Source: an uncultured Gammaproteobacteria bacterium
GTDB taxonomy: Bacteria; Pseudomonadota; Gammaproteobacteria; Steroidobacterales; Woeseiaceae
Direction of reading: 5' to 3'
Length of the DNA stretch: 64,000 nt
Assembly: GCA_913063505.1 (NCBI GenBank)
Contig: CAJXYT010000001.1
Coordinates: forward strand, 7,345-71,344
In this document: positions 31,846-45,182 of the stretch, piece after piece
Numbering within the stretch: position 1 is the stretch's first letter
Layout: each line of letters begins with the position of its first letter
The notes under the pieces: generated by a model
Seen by the model: the letters and a program-made list of their open reading frames with translations, nothing else
What the model was told of the DNA's origin: nothing
Database searches by the model: none
Program-made: the position numbers and the translations under genes

Positions 31846-33842
31846 TGGGCTTGGGATCCTCGTTCCGGACTGAATATTTGACGAAACAATTATATGACGA
31901 ATACTCACAGACATCCTGCAGGTAAATCACACTCACTGGCAAGTATTGTCTCGATGCTCGGGATTATACTGTTGCTGGGAGCTTGTGAAACGACAGGCAT
32001 CGGCCGCCTGTCAGGTTCAGGCGAGCATCGTGCAGAACGACTTGCGGATAACGGTCGTCACCAAGATGCAGCGGGCGTCTATATCGGCCTGGCAACCAAC
32101 GCTACCGGAACTGAGCGTGATCGACTGACGCTATTAGCAGTTGAGCAATGGCTCGATGCGGGTGATCTAAGCAGAGCAGAGCGAGCAAGTGCCAGAGTCC
32201 AGACGCCGTCCTCCGGACCGTTATTGCCGATCTGGAATACGAACTCAGCGGCACTTAGTCTTTATCGCGGCAACGCCGACGCGGCACTGCAGTTACTGGA
32301 GCCGCTGAGTCGACGATCGCTGCCTTTACGAGATCGGCTCCGCGTTGAAGTGTTGCGCGCCGATGCCTGGATCCAGAAGCAGGATCCGGCTCGCGCAATA
32401 GAATTAATGAAGCAGCGCGAGACATGGCTTTCTGGCTCGAAGCAAATCGAGACCAATCGGAACCGTCTTTGGCAAGGATTGCTGTACAGCGATCCACAAG
32501 TACTGCGGCAAGCTGCACAGATCGTAACGGACGAACAAATACGTGGTTGGCTAACCCTCGGGTCGCTCGCAACCTCTACCGGCCAACAGGGTGTCGGCTG
32601 GAGCAACGGAATATTCCGCTGGCGCACGGCGAACCCAGGCCACCCTGCGCTGGCAATCATCGGTGAGGCGAAATCGTTCGATCAAGAGTTACTCGACTAC
32701 CCACGACAGGTGGCACTACTATTGCCCCTGAGTGGACGCTCCGCTGGCGTAGGCAAAGCAATTCAAAACGGCTTTTTAGGGGCCTACTTTGCCACAGCAA
32801 CTGCGCTTGATGACCACCAGTCTCTCCGGATTTACGATGTTAACTCCGAAGGTGGTGCAAGCGCCGCTTATCAAAACGCAGTAGCGGACGGCGCCGAGTT
32901 CGTTGTCGGCCCGCTCTTGAAAAGCAACGTCACCGAACTCGCGAACGATATTCTGATGCCCGTTCCAGTACTAGCATTGAACTACCTTCCAGACGATATG
33001 CTCGCGCCGCTGGGCCTATACCAGTTCGCGCTTGCACCCGAGGACGAGGCAGCGTCTGCGGCCATTCGCGTACTGGGCGACGGCTATACCCGCGCTGTTG
33101 CGCTGGTCCCGAATGATGATCGTGGTCGACGGGTTCTGCAGAGCTTCATGACAGAGTTCGAAGGTCTCGGCGGCACACTATTGGACCATAGAAGTTATAC
33201 GCCGGACAAAACGGATTTCTCGAACGAGATCGAAAGCCTCATGGGCCTTTCCGGCAGCGTACAGCGCTATCAACGAATGCGTGAAAACATTGGAGGCAGT
33301 TTGCAGTTCGATCCACGACGCCGTCAGGATGCTGAGGTCATATTTCTTGCAGCTGCGGCCGGACCTGGCCGATTACTCAAGTCCCAGCTCAAGTTTCATT
33401 ACTCGGGAGATTTGCCGGCGTACTCGACATCGTCCGTTAATTCGCTGGACGGTCGCTCCAATGCAGACCTCAATGGAATCATGTTTGCCGACGCGCCGTG
33501 GCTGATCGCTCCTCAGCCTTGGATTCGCTACTTGCCTGAGATCTATGCCCAGCATTGGCCTGAAGAACGCCGCCTGGGCCGATTGCACGCGATGGGTTAT
33601 GACGCCTACAACTTGATCGCCTCCTTGTTTACGAATCGCGATGGTGGAATGGAGGAATTGAGTGGTGCGACAGGCGATCTGCTCCTTGATCGGCGAGGCC
33701 GCGTTCACCGCCGCCTCGTGTGGGCTCAATTTCAACGTGGAAAGGCTGTCGCATTGCCGAGTCAAGAAGAAGTCGGCGGACCGATACAAGACACCACTGA
33801 CGACGGCGTAAAAATCGCTCCTAGCGCTGCTGATGAATCACC

Positions 33843-34865
<1,023 letters not shown>

Positions 34866-34912
34866 GAAATACGCATTAGTTCGGCTGTGGCGCGATCAAG
34901 CGTTGTTTCGTC

Positions 34913-35335
34913 TTACTTGACGATTGTGAGATGAGGACGCGATCGCGTCTCTTCTACTTCTACTTCGATTTCAGCTTGTAGCTCTGGTAGCTCGATGTGT
35001 TCGGCTTTTTCAGTGTCTTGCGAGAAGGCCATGCCCTGGCCGGTTTCGCGGGCATAGATGCCAAGCACTGACTGTATCGGGACCCAAACATCAAATGGCG
35101 CGCCGCTAAAACGTGCTCGAAAACTGACTGCATCGTTAGTTAGCTTCAGATTATGCGCCGCCGAGTCACTGACGTTCAGAATGATCTTGCCGTCCTTTAT
35201 ATGCTCGACCGGAACGCTTACGCCATCCACCGATGTATCTACAACGATGTGAGGCGTATGCGAGTTATCGCCCATCCACTCGTGCATGGCGCGAATTAGG
35301 TAGGGGCGTTTTGAGCGGCTGCGTTGTTGCATCAC
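34913..35335 (-). CDS. sspB: ClpXP adaptor / stringent starvation protein B
   Basis: RPYLIRAMHEWMGDNSHTPHIVVD is the conserved SspB N-domain. An acidic tail ends in HLTIVK. Lies downstream of sspA. Confidence 0.93.
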   Translation of the reverse strand: MMQQRSRSKRPYLIRAMHEWMGDNSHTPHIVVDTSVDGVSVPVEHIKDGKIILNVSDSAAHNLKLTNDAVSFRARFSGAPFDVWVPIQSVLGIYARETGQGMAFSQDTEKAEHIELPELQAEIEVEVEETRSRPHLTIVK

Positions 35336-35427
35336 TGTTCTTTTTCTTATTTGTCATCGCCGAAGAGTGCTAGCTTACCACCAATTTGAGTACCTTCTTC
35401 AAACTTAACTTAAGGCAAAAGATCGAC

Positions 35428-36057
35428 CTACAAACGCATTTCTTGCTCGAGCTCAGTCATGCCCTGCTGGAACGACCGTCGCGCGAAAACCCGATCCATA
35501 TATTTTTCAATCGGTTCGGCACTTTTACCCAGATCAATCCCATATATAGGCAAACGCCACAAGAGCGGTGCGATCGTGCAATCAACCAGCGAGAAATCTT
35601 CGCTCAGGAAATACGGCCGTGAGGCGAACAGCTCGGTGCTTTGCAGAATACTTTCACGCAGCATCTTTCGCGCTTTGCTGCCCAATTTTCCATCAGGGCT
35701 GGTCTCCACTTCTTCAGCTATCGAATACCAATCTTTCTCGATACGGAATAGCACCAGACGAAACTGGGCCCGGGTGACCGGATCAACCGGCATCAAAGGA
35801 GGATGCGGAAAACGCTCATCGAGATACTCAATAATTACACGTGAGTCGTACAAGGTTAAATCACGATCCACGAGAGTCGGTACGCTATGGTAAGGATTGA
35901 GATCCATCAGATCCTCGGGTAAATCTGGGCCTTCAACGTTTGAAATCTTGATATTGATGTTCTTTTCGGCCAGTACGAGCCGAGTGCGATGACTGTGAAT
36001 ATCTGTCGGTCGCGAGAACAGCGTCATTACTGAGCGACGATTGGCTATTACTCCCAT
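35428..36057 (-). CDS. sspA: Stringent starvation protein A (GST-like)
   Basis: MGVIANRRSVMTLFSRPTDIHSH, against E. coli MAVAANKRSVMTLFSGPTDIYSH. Start trimmed to 36057, giving a TAATG overlap with the petC stop. Confidence 0.94.
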   Translation of the reverse strand: MGVIANRRSVMTLFSRPTDIHSHRTRLVLAEKNINIKISNVEGPDLPEDLMDLNPYHSVPTLVDRDLTLYDSRVIIEYLDERFPHPPLMPVDPVTRAQFRLVLFRIEKDWYSIAEEVETSPDGKLGSKARKMLRESILQSTELFASRPYFLSEDFSLVDCTIAPLLWRLPIYGIDLGKSAEPIEKYMDRVFARRSFQQGMTELEQEMRL

Positions 36058-36812
36058 TACTTTACATCCTTCCATATTTGTTTCTTCAGCATCATAGCGA
36101 TGATCAGGAAGAAAAAGAGATACATGATTACCCACTTGCCCAGCACTACGCGAAATCCGCGAATTGGCTCGGCGATGTAAGCAAGAAAATTAACTGTGTC
36201 ACGTACGAATTTATCGTAGTCCCCGGAATCCATCATCCCCGGCGTCATCTGCTCGAAGCCCTCGAACGTCGTCGTTACAGATCCGTCGTCGTTTTCGTGA
36301 TTTTCAATATGCGCAGACTGGTAGCCCTGCAATTCCCACAATACATGAGGCATGCTAGTTCCTGGTAACACAATATTGTCGACACCGGTCGGGCTTTCAG
36401 CTTCGACGTAAAAACCTTTCAGAAAATTGAAGATATAATCCGCGCCTTTAGCTCGAGCCATAAGAGATAAGTCAGGTGGCGCCGTGCCATACCATTGTGC
36501 TGCGTCATCGCTTGGCATTGATGCCTGAATCGTTTCGAACGTCCTTTCGGCGTTGAACATCAGGTTATCGATCAGCATTTCCTCAGACAGACCGAGATCC
36601 TTGCCGATGGTGTTATAGCGAACATACTTTGCCGAATGACATCCGGAGCAGTAATTCATGAAGTTAGCTGCACCACGCTGCAGCGAATTGATGTTACTTA
36701 GATCAATATCCGCTGATTCGAGCTCAGCCCCAGCAACAGACGCCAGTCCCTGGGTCGTCAGGAAACATGCGCTTACGATTACGAGGCTAGCTATATTCTT
36801 AAATTTAACCAT
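36057..36812 (-). CDS. petC: Cytochrome c1 of the bc1 complex
   Basis: Signal sequence, CSGCHS heme-binding motif and a C-terminal TM anchor. Start trimmed to MVKFKNI (36812). Confidence 0.93.
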   Translation of the reverse strand: MVKFKNIASLVIVSACFLTTQGLASVAGAELESADIDLSNINSLQRGAANFMNYCSGCHSAKYVRYNTIGKDLGLSEEMLIDNLMFNAERTFETIQASMPSDDAAQWYGTAPPDLSLMARAKGADYIFNFLKGFYVEAESPTGVDNIVLPGTSMPHVLWELQGYQSAHIENHENDDGSVTTTFEGFEQMTPGMMDSGDYDKFVRDTVNFLAYIAEPIRGFRVVLGKWVIMYLFFFLIIAMMLKKQIWKDVK

Positions 36813-38055
36813 GATAGACAACCCTATCTGGAACGGGCTTCGTCTTATCAATTGTCGTGTAATACGGCATTAGTATGAAGAACGCGAAGTAGATCACGGA
36901 AAAGACTCTTGCGGCCAGCACGTACAGAGGGTCCGCCGGCATCGTACCCAGCCAGCCCAGCACCAAGAACGTAACAACAAACATACTCAGCGCAGACTTG
37001 TAGATCCAACCGCGATACCGAATGGACTTAACGCGTGATCGATCCAGCCAGGGCAGAAATAGAGGTATCACCACTGACAAGCCAAAGAGAATGAATCCCC
37101 AAAGTTTGTCCGGCACCGCTCTTAAAATCGCGTAGAACGGCGTGAAATACCAGACCGGCGCGATGTGTTCAGGCGTAGCAGTCAGGTTTGCCGGTTCGAA
37201 GTTGGCATGCTCTAGGAAGTAACCACCCATATCCGGCGCAAAGAACACCACAGAGCAGAAGATAATCAGGAAAATGATAATCGCGACCAGATCCTTACTC
37301 GTGTGATACGGGTGGAAAGCAACACCGTCCAACGGTACTCCGTCAGCACCCTTATTATTCTTGATCTCAATGCCATCCGGATTGTTCGATCCAACTTCAT
37401 GCAAAGCCACGATATGCACAAAGATGAGACCGATGAGTGCCAACGGCAATGCGATCACATGTAGAGCAAAGAAGCGATTTAGCGTGATATCGGATATCGA
37501 ATAATCGCCACGAATTATCTCAACCAGTGCATCACCGACCCAAGGTATCGAGCCGAAAAGCGAAATAATGACCTGAGCGCCCCAGTAGGACATTTGACCC
37601 CAAGGCAGCAAGTAGCCCGCAAATGCCTCGGCCATGAGCACGATGAAGATCAGCATCCCTATAATCCAGATGAGCTCACGCGGCTTCTTATAGGAGCCAT
37701 AGAGCATCGCGCGAAACATATGCAGATACACGACAATAAAGAAGAATGACGAGCCAGTTGAATGCATATAGCGGATCAACCAACCCCATTCCACATCGCG
37801 CATAATGTACTCAACCGATGAGAAAGCTTCCGCTGCCGACGGTTTATAATTCATCGTCAGAAAAATTCCGGTGAACAACTGGATAAAGAGCACGACAAAG
37901 GCCAGTACGCCGAACACGTACCAGAAATTGAAGTTCTTGGAGGCATAATATTCAGTGACGTGATACCTCATAGTCTCCGTAAACGGGAAACGATCGTCTA
38001 TCCACTTCATGAATCCGCCTTTCGACTTGCCGACTTCTGCTTCGATTCTAGCCAT
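36805..38055 (-). CDS. petB: Cytochrome b of the bc1 complex
   Basis: 416-aa polytopic ORF with the conserved heme-ligand histidine context (RYMHSTGSSFFF, ALHVIALP) and a PEWYF-like (PVWYFTPFY) motif. Confidence 0.96.
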   Translation of the reverse strand: MARIEAEVGKSKGGFMKWIDDRFPFTETMRYHVTEYYASKNFNFWYVFGVLAFVVLFIQLFTGIFLTMNYKPSAAEAFSSVEYIMRDVEWGWLIRYMHSTGSSFFFIVVYLHMFRAMLYGSYKKPRELIWIIGMLIFIVLMAEAFAGYLLPWGQMSYWGAQVIISLFGSIPWVGDALVEIIRGDYSISDITLNRFFALHVIALPLALIGLIFVHIVALHEVGSNNPDGIEIKNNKGADGVPLDGVAFHPYHTSKDLVAIIIFLIIFCSVVFFAPDMGGYFLEHANFEPANLTATPEHIAPVWYFTPFYAILRAVPDKLWGFILFGLSVVIPLFLPWLDRSRVKSIRYRGWIYKSALSMFVVTFLVLGWLGTMPADPLYVLAARVFSVIYFAFFILMPYYTTIDKTKPVPDRVVYHG

Positions 38056-38643
38056 TTAAGCTGCTCCCGAATCCTGACCGATCAGTATCAGGTCATCCCT
38101 GACAAACCGGTGCGGTGGAACCCGTAAATTTGTTGGTGCTGGTACGCCCTTGAAGACGCGACCGGCCAAGTCGAACTTGGAACCGTGACATGGGCAGAAG
38201 AAACCACCGCCCCAACTTTCGGCTGGCCGCACGTCGAAATCTTCCAACGGTGCGCAACCCAAGTGCGTGCACGATCCCTCAACAATCAAATATTCGGGTC
38301 GGACTGATCGAGTGTCATTCGCCGCATAGTCAGGTTGCTGCTCAACCTCCGCAGAATCCGGGTCCCTCAGATTCTCCATATTCGCCGCAAGACGTGACAG
38401 CATCTCCTCGGTTCGACGCAAGACGAACACGAGCTTGCCGCGCCAAAGAACTCGAATCATCTCGCCCGGCTCCAAGGACCCTATGGGAACCTCAACCGGT
38501 GCGCCAAGCGCCTGCGCGCGAGCGCTGGGCTTGAGTGAAGAAATAAACGGAACAGCAGCAGCTGTGACACCGACTACGCCAGTCACAGCAGTTGCTACAG
38601 TGAGAAAATGACGCCTATTGCGATCAAGGTCGTCTTCGGTCAT
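38056..38643 (-). CDS. petA: Ubiquinol-cytochrome c reductase Rieske iron-sulfur subunit
   Basis: Tat-like RRHFL N-terminus, plus CTHLGC and CPCHGS Rieske boxes. Confidence 0.96.
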   Translation of the reverse strand: MTEDDLDRNRRHFLTVATAVTGVVGVTAAAVPFISSLKPSARAQALGAPVEVPIGSLEPGEMIRVLWRGKLVFVLRRTEEMLSRLAANMENLRDPDSAEVEQQPDYAANDTRSVRPEYLIVEGSCTHLGCAPLEDFDVRPAESWGGGFFCPCHGSKFDLAGRVFKGVPAPTNLRVPPHRFVRDDLILIGQDSGAA

Positions 38644-39007
38644 CAGGCACTCCCATACGCCGCTCTATTGGCGGCCTCTCTAATTACAGCGCTTTTTTGC
38701 TAAATATTTTTTAAATATTCGAGTCTGGTAGATTTGCAGCAGGCTCGGTTTGCCGTCAGGATGACGGTTGCCCCATGACCTCGATGCAGAATCACGGCGC
38801 ATTATACACGGGGCTAATCGAAATGGGCGAGTCACCACTATATATAGTGAACCCGCCTACTCGCAGCGACAAGCGCTACTTATTTCAGCGGGCACCCTTC
38901 CAGGCGATACGGTTGAGGTGGCTGGAGTCAGAAACGGTGAGCGTTTTAGTGTCACTGTAACGGCGGCTGAACGACCCGATGATATCCAACAGCCCTGAAC
39001 CCAGGCT

Positions 39008-40517
<1,510 letters not shown>

Positions 40518-40692
40518 ATTATGGTGCTCCTTGATCGTCAGCGGTGACTGTAATTGGGGGGAGAGTCTAACTGCAAAGCACACTCCTTCCCACTGAACTG
40601 CATTGTTTGTGTATTATATTCGACCCGCGACGGCCGGCGGTTTGTGGCGTCCCCCGGTTTATCCTTCAATATTGAGTAAGTATTAGTAATTT

Positions 40693-41673
40693 ATGATTGG
40701 CAATATCGATATTTCACATGTTGGCTTGATTGTCGCCGGCCTAGCTCTCCTGATCTGGGGGAGCGATCGATTCGTGCATGGCGCATCAGCGTCAGCTCGC
40801 AACTTTGGTGTCGCACCGCTGCTAATCGGACTAACGATCGTTGCATTTGCGACGTCTGTACCCGAAATTCTCGTTTCCATCATTGCGGCCAGTCAGGGAG
40901 AACCCGGTCTCGCTTTTGGTAACGCGATTGGATCGAATATCGTCAACATCGGACTCGTGCTCGGTGTAACCGCAACGATCCGACCGATTTCTCTGGAATC
41001 GGCGACATTGCGGCGACAGATGCAAACCCTGCTCGCCGTGTCTTTGCTGACGGTATCGCTGTTTCTGGACACCCATATCAGCCGTCCCGACGGCATTGTC
41101 ATGCTGACGGGTTTTGTCATCGTCATGATCTGGTTCGTGCGACTGGGGGTTCGATCGGCCGCGAATCACCCACTCAAAATGGACCATGAGGCTGAAATAC
41201 CCAAAGACGTCACGACGAAAATGGCATTTGTCTGGCTTTCGGTTGGATTCGTAGCATTGCTCATTGGCGCGGATTGGCTGGTTGACGGTGCGATGGGCGT
41301 CGCAGTGTCGCTGAACGTAAGTGAAGTCGTTATTGGGATCACTATTGTCGCATTCGGTACCAGCGTACCGGAGCTTGCCATATCGCTGGTCAGTGCACTA
41401 AAGGGGGAGTACGGTCTCGCGATTGGAAGCATCGTCGGTTCGAATATATACAACTTGCTGGCAGTGATAGGTATCGCTGCAGTGATCCAACCCGCAACTG
41501 TCGCGCCCAGCGTATTATCACTTCATATTTTCGTCATGGTCGCGTTTACGCTCGTATTGTTCGTGATGACCTACGCCTATAACGGCAAGGCGCTGCTATC
41601 CAGAATGAAAGGCATCGCGTTGCTGGCCGCCTACATTGCATACTCTGCGTATGTAATCGCGCAAAATATCTGA
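40693..41673 (+). CDS. yrbG: CaCA-family cation/Ca2+ antiporter (YrbG-like)
   Basis: 326-aa membrane protein with duplicated alpha-repeat motifs (GTSVPEL twice, GSNIxN twice). Lies upstream of kdsD as in E. coli. Confidence 0.88.
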   Translation: MIGNIDISHVGLIVAGLALLIWGSDRFVHGASASARNFGVAPLLIGLTIVAFATSVPEILVSIIAASQGEPGLAFGNAIGSNIVNIGLVLGVTATIRPISLESATLRRQMQTLLAVSLLTVSLFLDTHISRPDGIVMLTGFVIVMIWFVRLGVRSAANHPLKMDHEAEIPKDVTTKMAFVWLSVGFVALLIGADWLVDGAMGVAVSLNVSEVVIGITIVAFGTSVPELAISLVSALKGEYGLAIGSIVGSNIYNLLAVIGIAAVIQPATVAPSVLSLHIFVMVAFTLVLFVMTYAYNGKALLSRMKGIALLAAYIAYSAYVIAQNI

Positions 41674-41716
41674 TCAACCTTTAGAATAGACATCAGACCT
41701 AATCTGAGAGTTTCCA

Positions 41717-42700
41717 TTGCCTGACAAGCCAACAAATGACGAGTTGCTCGAACTTGCGAATGAAGTACTCGCTATCGAGTCACGTGCTGTTGATGCTCTA
41801 CGAGATCGCCTTGGCGACGAATTCATCGCAGCCTGCGAACTTTGCTTGGAGACTCAGGGGCGCATTGTGGTCAGCGGCATGGGTAAATCGGGTCACGTAA
41901 GTAACAAGATTGCGGCGACGCTCTCATCAACCGGCACACCGGCATTCTTTATGCACCCCGCCGAAGCCAGTCATGGCGATCTCGGTATGATCACCAGCCA
42001 GGACCTGTTGCTCGCTATTTCTTACTCCGGCGAGACTACGGAGGTTGTCACCATACTGCCCGTTGTCAAACGGATGGGAGCGAAGCTACTGTCCATCACC
42101 GGCAACCCCAAATCGACAATGGCAAAAGCAGCTGACGTGCATCTTGATATTAGCGTTACCGAAGAAGCCTGCCCACTCAACCTCGCGCCTACCGCCAGCA
42201 CCACAGCCACTATGGCCATGGGGGATGCGCTGGCCGTTGCTCTACTCAATAGTCGCGGGTTTACAGCTGAGGACTTTGCACGCTCGCACCCCAGTGGCAG
42301 TCTTGGTAAACGACTGATTCTTCGAGTCTCCGATGTCATGCGTAGCGGCGATCGCATACCCGCAGTTACGTCGGACGTGAGCTTGCGCGACGGGCTAATG
42401 GAGATGACCGACAAAGGTCTTGGAATGACTGCAGTTGTATCAGATGATCGAACGCTGGAGGGGGTCTTCACCGACGGCGATTTGCGCCGAACTCTGGACA
42501 GTGGAGCTGATATTCACAGCACGCATATCCGCGATGTGATGCATAGCAACTGCAAAACAACATCCGCTGACATACTGGCGGCTGAGGCGCTGCACATCCT
42601 GGAAGAGAATAGGATTACGTCGCTGCTGGTGACGGACGAAGATAACAAACTGGTCGGCGCCCTTAATATTCATGATCTGTTCCGCGAGGGCCTGATGTGA
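41717..42700 (+). CDS. kdsD: Arabinose-5-phosphate isomerase
   Basis: TTG start. SIS domain (GMGKSGH) followed by tandem CBS domains. Followed by kdsC. Confidence 0.94.
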   Translation: MPDKPTNDELLELANEVLAIESRAVDALRDRLGDEFIAACELCLETQGRIVVSGMGKSGHVSNKIAATLSSTGTPAFFMHPAEASHGDLGMITSQDLLLAISYSGETTEVVTILPVVKRMGAKLLSITGNPKSTMAKAADVHLDISVTEEACPLNLAPTASTTATMAMGDALAVALLNSRGFTAEDFARSHPSGSLGKRLILRVSDVMRSGDRIPAVTSDVSLRDGLMEMTDKGLGMTAVVSDDRTLEGVFTDGDLRRTLDSGADIHSTHIRDVMHSNCKTTSADILAAEALHILEENRITSLLVTDEDNKLVGALNIHDLFREGLM

Positions 42701-43185
42701 GTGGTGGTTCCTTAGAGGCGATTAAGCTCGTCGCCTTCGACGTCGATGGCGTATTCACGGATGGGCGCTTCTACCTGTCTGACACTGGGGTCGAATCGAA
42801 GGTATTTAATACTCAAGACGGTTTTGGAATCCGAAAACTGCTGAATTCAGACGTAGCCGTCGCCGTTATCAGCGGTCGAAAGTCCGCTGCCGTCGCCAAA
42901 CGGATGTCGGAACTCGGAGTTATACACGTCGTGGAAGGATGCTCCGACAAAGTCGCCGCGCTTGATGAAATCATTAGCGGCCTCAAAATCTCTGCTTCCG
43001 AATGTGTCTATGTCGGTGACGATGTGCCGGACTTGCCGTTACTCAATCATGTCGGTATTTCAATCGCCGTCGCGAACGCCGTGCCGGGGCTGCACCTTCA
43101 GTGCGATTATTCGACGTCGGCTAGCGGTGGGTTTGGCGCTGTTCGAGAAGTCTGTGAACTGATACTCGCTGCGCAGAGTCAATAG
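42697..43185 (+). CDS. kdsC: KDO-8-phosphate phosphatase
   Basis: GTG start overlapping the kdsD stop (GTGA). HAD motif FDVDGVFTDG. Confidence 0.93.
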   Translation: MSGGSLEAIKLVAFDVDGVFTDGRFYLSDTGVESKVFNTQDGFGIRKLLNSDVAVAVISGRKSAAVAKRMSELGVIHVVEGCSDKVAALDEIISGLKISASECVYVGDDVPDLPLLNHVGISIAVANAVPGLHLQCDYSTSASGGFGAVREVCELILAAQSQ

Positions 43186-43190
43186 GACTC

Positions 43191-43748
43191 ATGAGTCCTC
43201 GCATCATTACCTTTATTGCGCTGCTGTCTGCTGGTGCAATTGGCAGCTGGTATCTTGCGCGCTCGAACGCTCCAACATACGACGACGAACTACCCTACGA
43301 CCCGACACATCAGGGCTACTACCTTAAACAGGCTCGCATATTAGGCACCGGCGATGACGGTAGCCTTCTGTATGAAATAGAAGCGGAGCATGCAGAACAG
43401 CTGGAAGACGACCACATAGAATTTACCGAAGTGCGTATTCGATACTTGCCAGGTAGCGAAGTGCCATGGATTGTTAATGCCGATTATGCAACGTTGCGAG
43501 AAGGTGCTCCTAGAATTGCATTGCGCGGCTATGTACAGATAGTCAATCCTGGTGATCCCGGCGAGCACGAAACAGAAATTCGGACAGAATATATGGAGCT
43601 CGATCCCGACGGATTCACCGCCGAAACTGACCAGCGAGTACAAATTCGATTTGGCTCCCGAAGCGTCACGGCAACGGGCATGCTAGCATCGCTTAAGGAT
43701 GACAAAATCGAACTCAAATCCAATATTCGCGGAAAAATAGCCCCCTAA
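43191..43748 (+). CDS. lptC: LPS export protein LptC
   Basis: 185 aa with an N-terminal TM anchor. Position between kdsC and lptA fits. Confidence 0.85.
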   Translation: MSPRIITFIALLSAGAIGSWYLARSNAPTYDDELPYDPTHQGYYLKQARILGTGDDGSLLYEIEAEHAEQLEDDHIEFTEVRIRYLPGSEVPWIVNADYATLREGAPRIALRGYVQIVNPGDPGEHETEIRTEYMELDPDGFTAETDQRVQIRFGSRSVTATGMLASLKDDKIELKSNIRGKIAP

Positions 43749-43749
43749 A

Positions 43750-44397
43750 ATGAATGCCATGAGCCGTAACACATTCATTGTCCTACTGCTATCTACGATG
43801 CTCGCTCCTGATGTATCGACAGCTCAGACAGCGGACCTAGATTTACGTCGCCTGCCTTGGGATATATTCGCGGAAACCATGATCTTTGATGGCAAAGCGT
43901 CTACCTACATCTACACCGGTATCAAGTTTTCCCAAGGAGTAATCTCCATCGAATCTGATGAAGGTCGTGCAATATTAGATCAGAACAACAGCGGATCCTG
44001 GATTTTCTCTGGTAACGTCAAGATAGACGTCAACACCAGCAAAATTGAGTGTGATTCTGCTGAACTGTTATTCGATGGCAATGTGCTGACCAAAGCGACC
44101 ATCACGGGTCGTCCCGCAACGTTCTCCTTGCAATCCGCTGGATCAGATGACGCGACATATGCTGAGGCCAGAAAATTATTCTACGACGTGCAAAACGGCG
44201 TCATCGAGTTTTCCGAGCAGGCCACTATCACGGAAAGTGGCAATGAGATTTCATCCAACTACCTCGTGTATAACATTAACGAGCGGCGCATAAACGCTGA
44301 TTCGTTAGGTGTCGACGATGATCGTGTCAGAATCACCTATACGCCGACCGACAGCGCCATCAAGAAAGCAGCGTCGGCTGAAGATGGCGATCGATGA
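43750..44397 (+). CDS. lptA: LPS export periplasmic protein LptA
   Basis: Signal peptide and an OstA-like beta-jellyroll pattern. Position before lptB fits. Confidence 0.88.
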   Translation: MNAMSRNTFIVLLLSTMLAPDVSTAQTADLDLRRLPWDIFAETMIFDGKASTYIYTGIKFSQGVISIESDEGRAILDQNNSGSWIFSGNVKIDVNTSKIECDSAELLFDGNVLTKATITGRPATFSLQSAGSDDATYAEARKLFYDVQNGVIEFSEQATITESGNEISSNYLVYNINERRINADSLGVDDDRVRITYTPTDSAIKKAASAEDGDR

Positions 44398-45119
44398 GTA
44401 TTCTCAGCGTTCAGGATATATCCAAGAGCTACAAGTTACGCAAGGTTGTAAAAAGTCTATCGCTCGAAATCAAGAGCGGCGAGGTTGTCGGCCTGTTGGG
44501 ACCTAATGGGGCTGGAAAAACGACGGCTTTTTACATGATTGTTGGCCTCGTATCGGCAGATAAAGGCAGCATACTTTTGGACGGCAAGGATCTTACGGCC
44601 AAACCTATGCACGAACGCTCCAAACTTGGCTTGGGATACTTGCCGCAGGAAGCATCTATTTTTCGCAAACTCACCGTCGAACAGAATATTCTGGCGATAT
44701 TGGAAAACCGCAAGGACTTGGATCGTGCCGGGCGCGAAAAAGAACTTGAAAACCTGCTCGATGAGCTACATGTCAGTCATGTTCGCAAGAGCTTGGGTAT
44801 TAGTCTGTCAGGCGGAGAGCGACGGCGCGTCGAAATAGCTCGCGCACTGGCAGCGAATCCATTGTTTGTGTTGCTTGACGAGCCGTTCGCTGGGGTCGAC
44901 CCGATATCGGTTCTCGATATTCAGCGCATTATTAGACACTTGCGTGAACGGGATATAGGCGTCCTTATTACCGACCACAATGTTCGTGAAACGCTGGGTA
45001 TTTGCGGGCATGCTTATATCTTGAATGACGGCAGCCTGATCGCAGCCGGGTCACCTAACGATATTCTGGAGAATCAATACGTTCGAGAAGTGTATCTCGG
45101 ACAGGAATTCAAACTCTGA
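44394..45119 (+). CDS. lptB: LPS export ABC ATPase LptB
   Basis: GPNGAGKTT Walker [16 protein letters not shown] signature and [10 protein letters not shown] Walker B. Confidence 0.97.
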   Translation: MSILSVQDISKSYKLRKVVKSLSLEIKSGEVVGLLGPNGAGKTTAFYMIVGLVSADKGSILLDGKDLTAKPMHERSKLGLGYLPQEASIFRKLTVEQNILAILENRKDLDRAGREKELENLLDELHVSHVRKSLGISLSGGERRRVEIARALAANPLFVLLDEPFAGVDPISVLDIQRIIRHLRERDIGVLITDHNVRETLGICGHAYILNDGSLIAAGSPNDILENQYVREVYLGQEFKL

Positions 45120-45182
45120 GGCAGACTGAATACTGATGAGGCGTCGATATACATCGAATCTGCCGAAAAGAGAAATTAGTAC

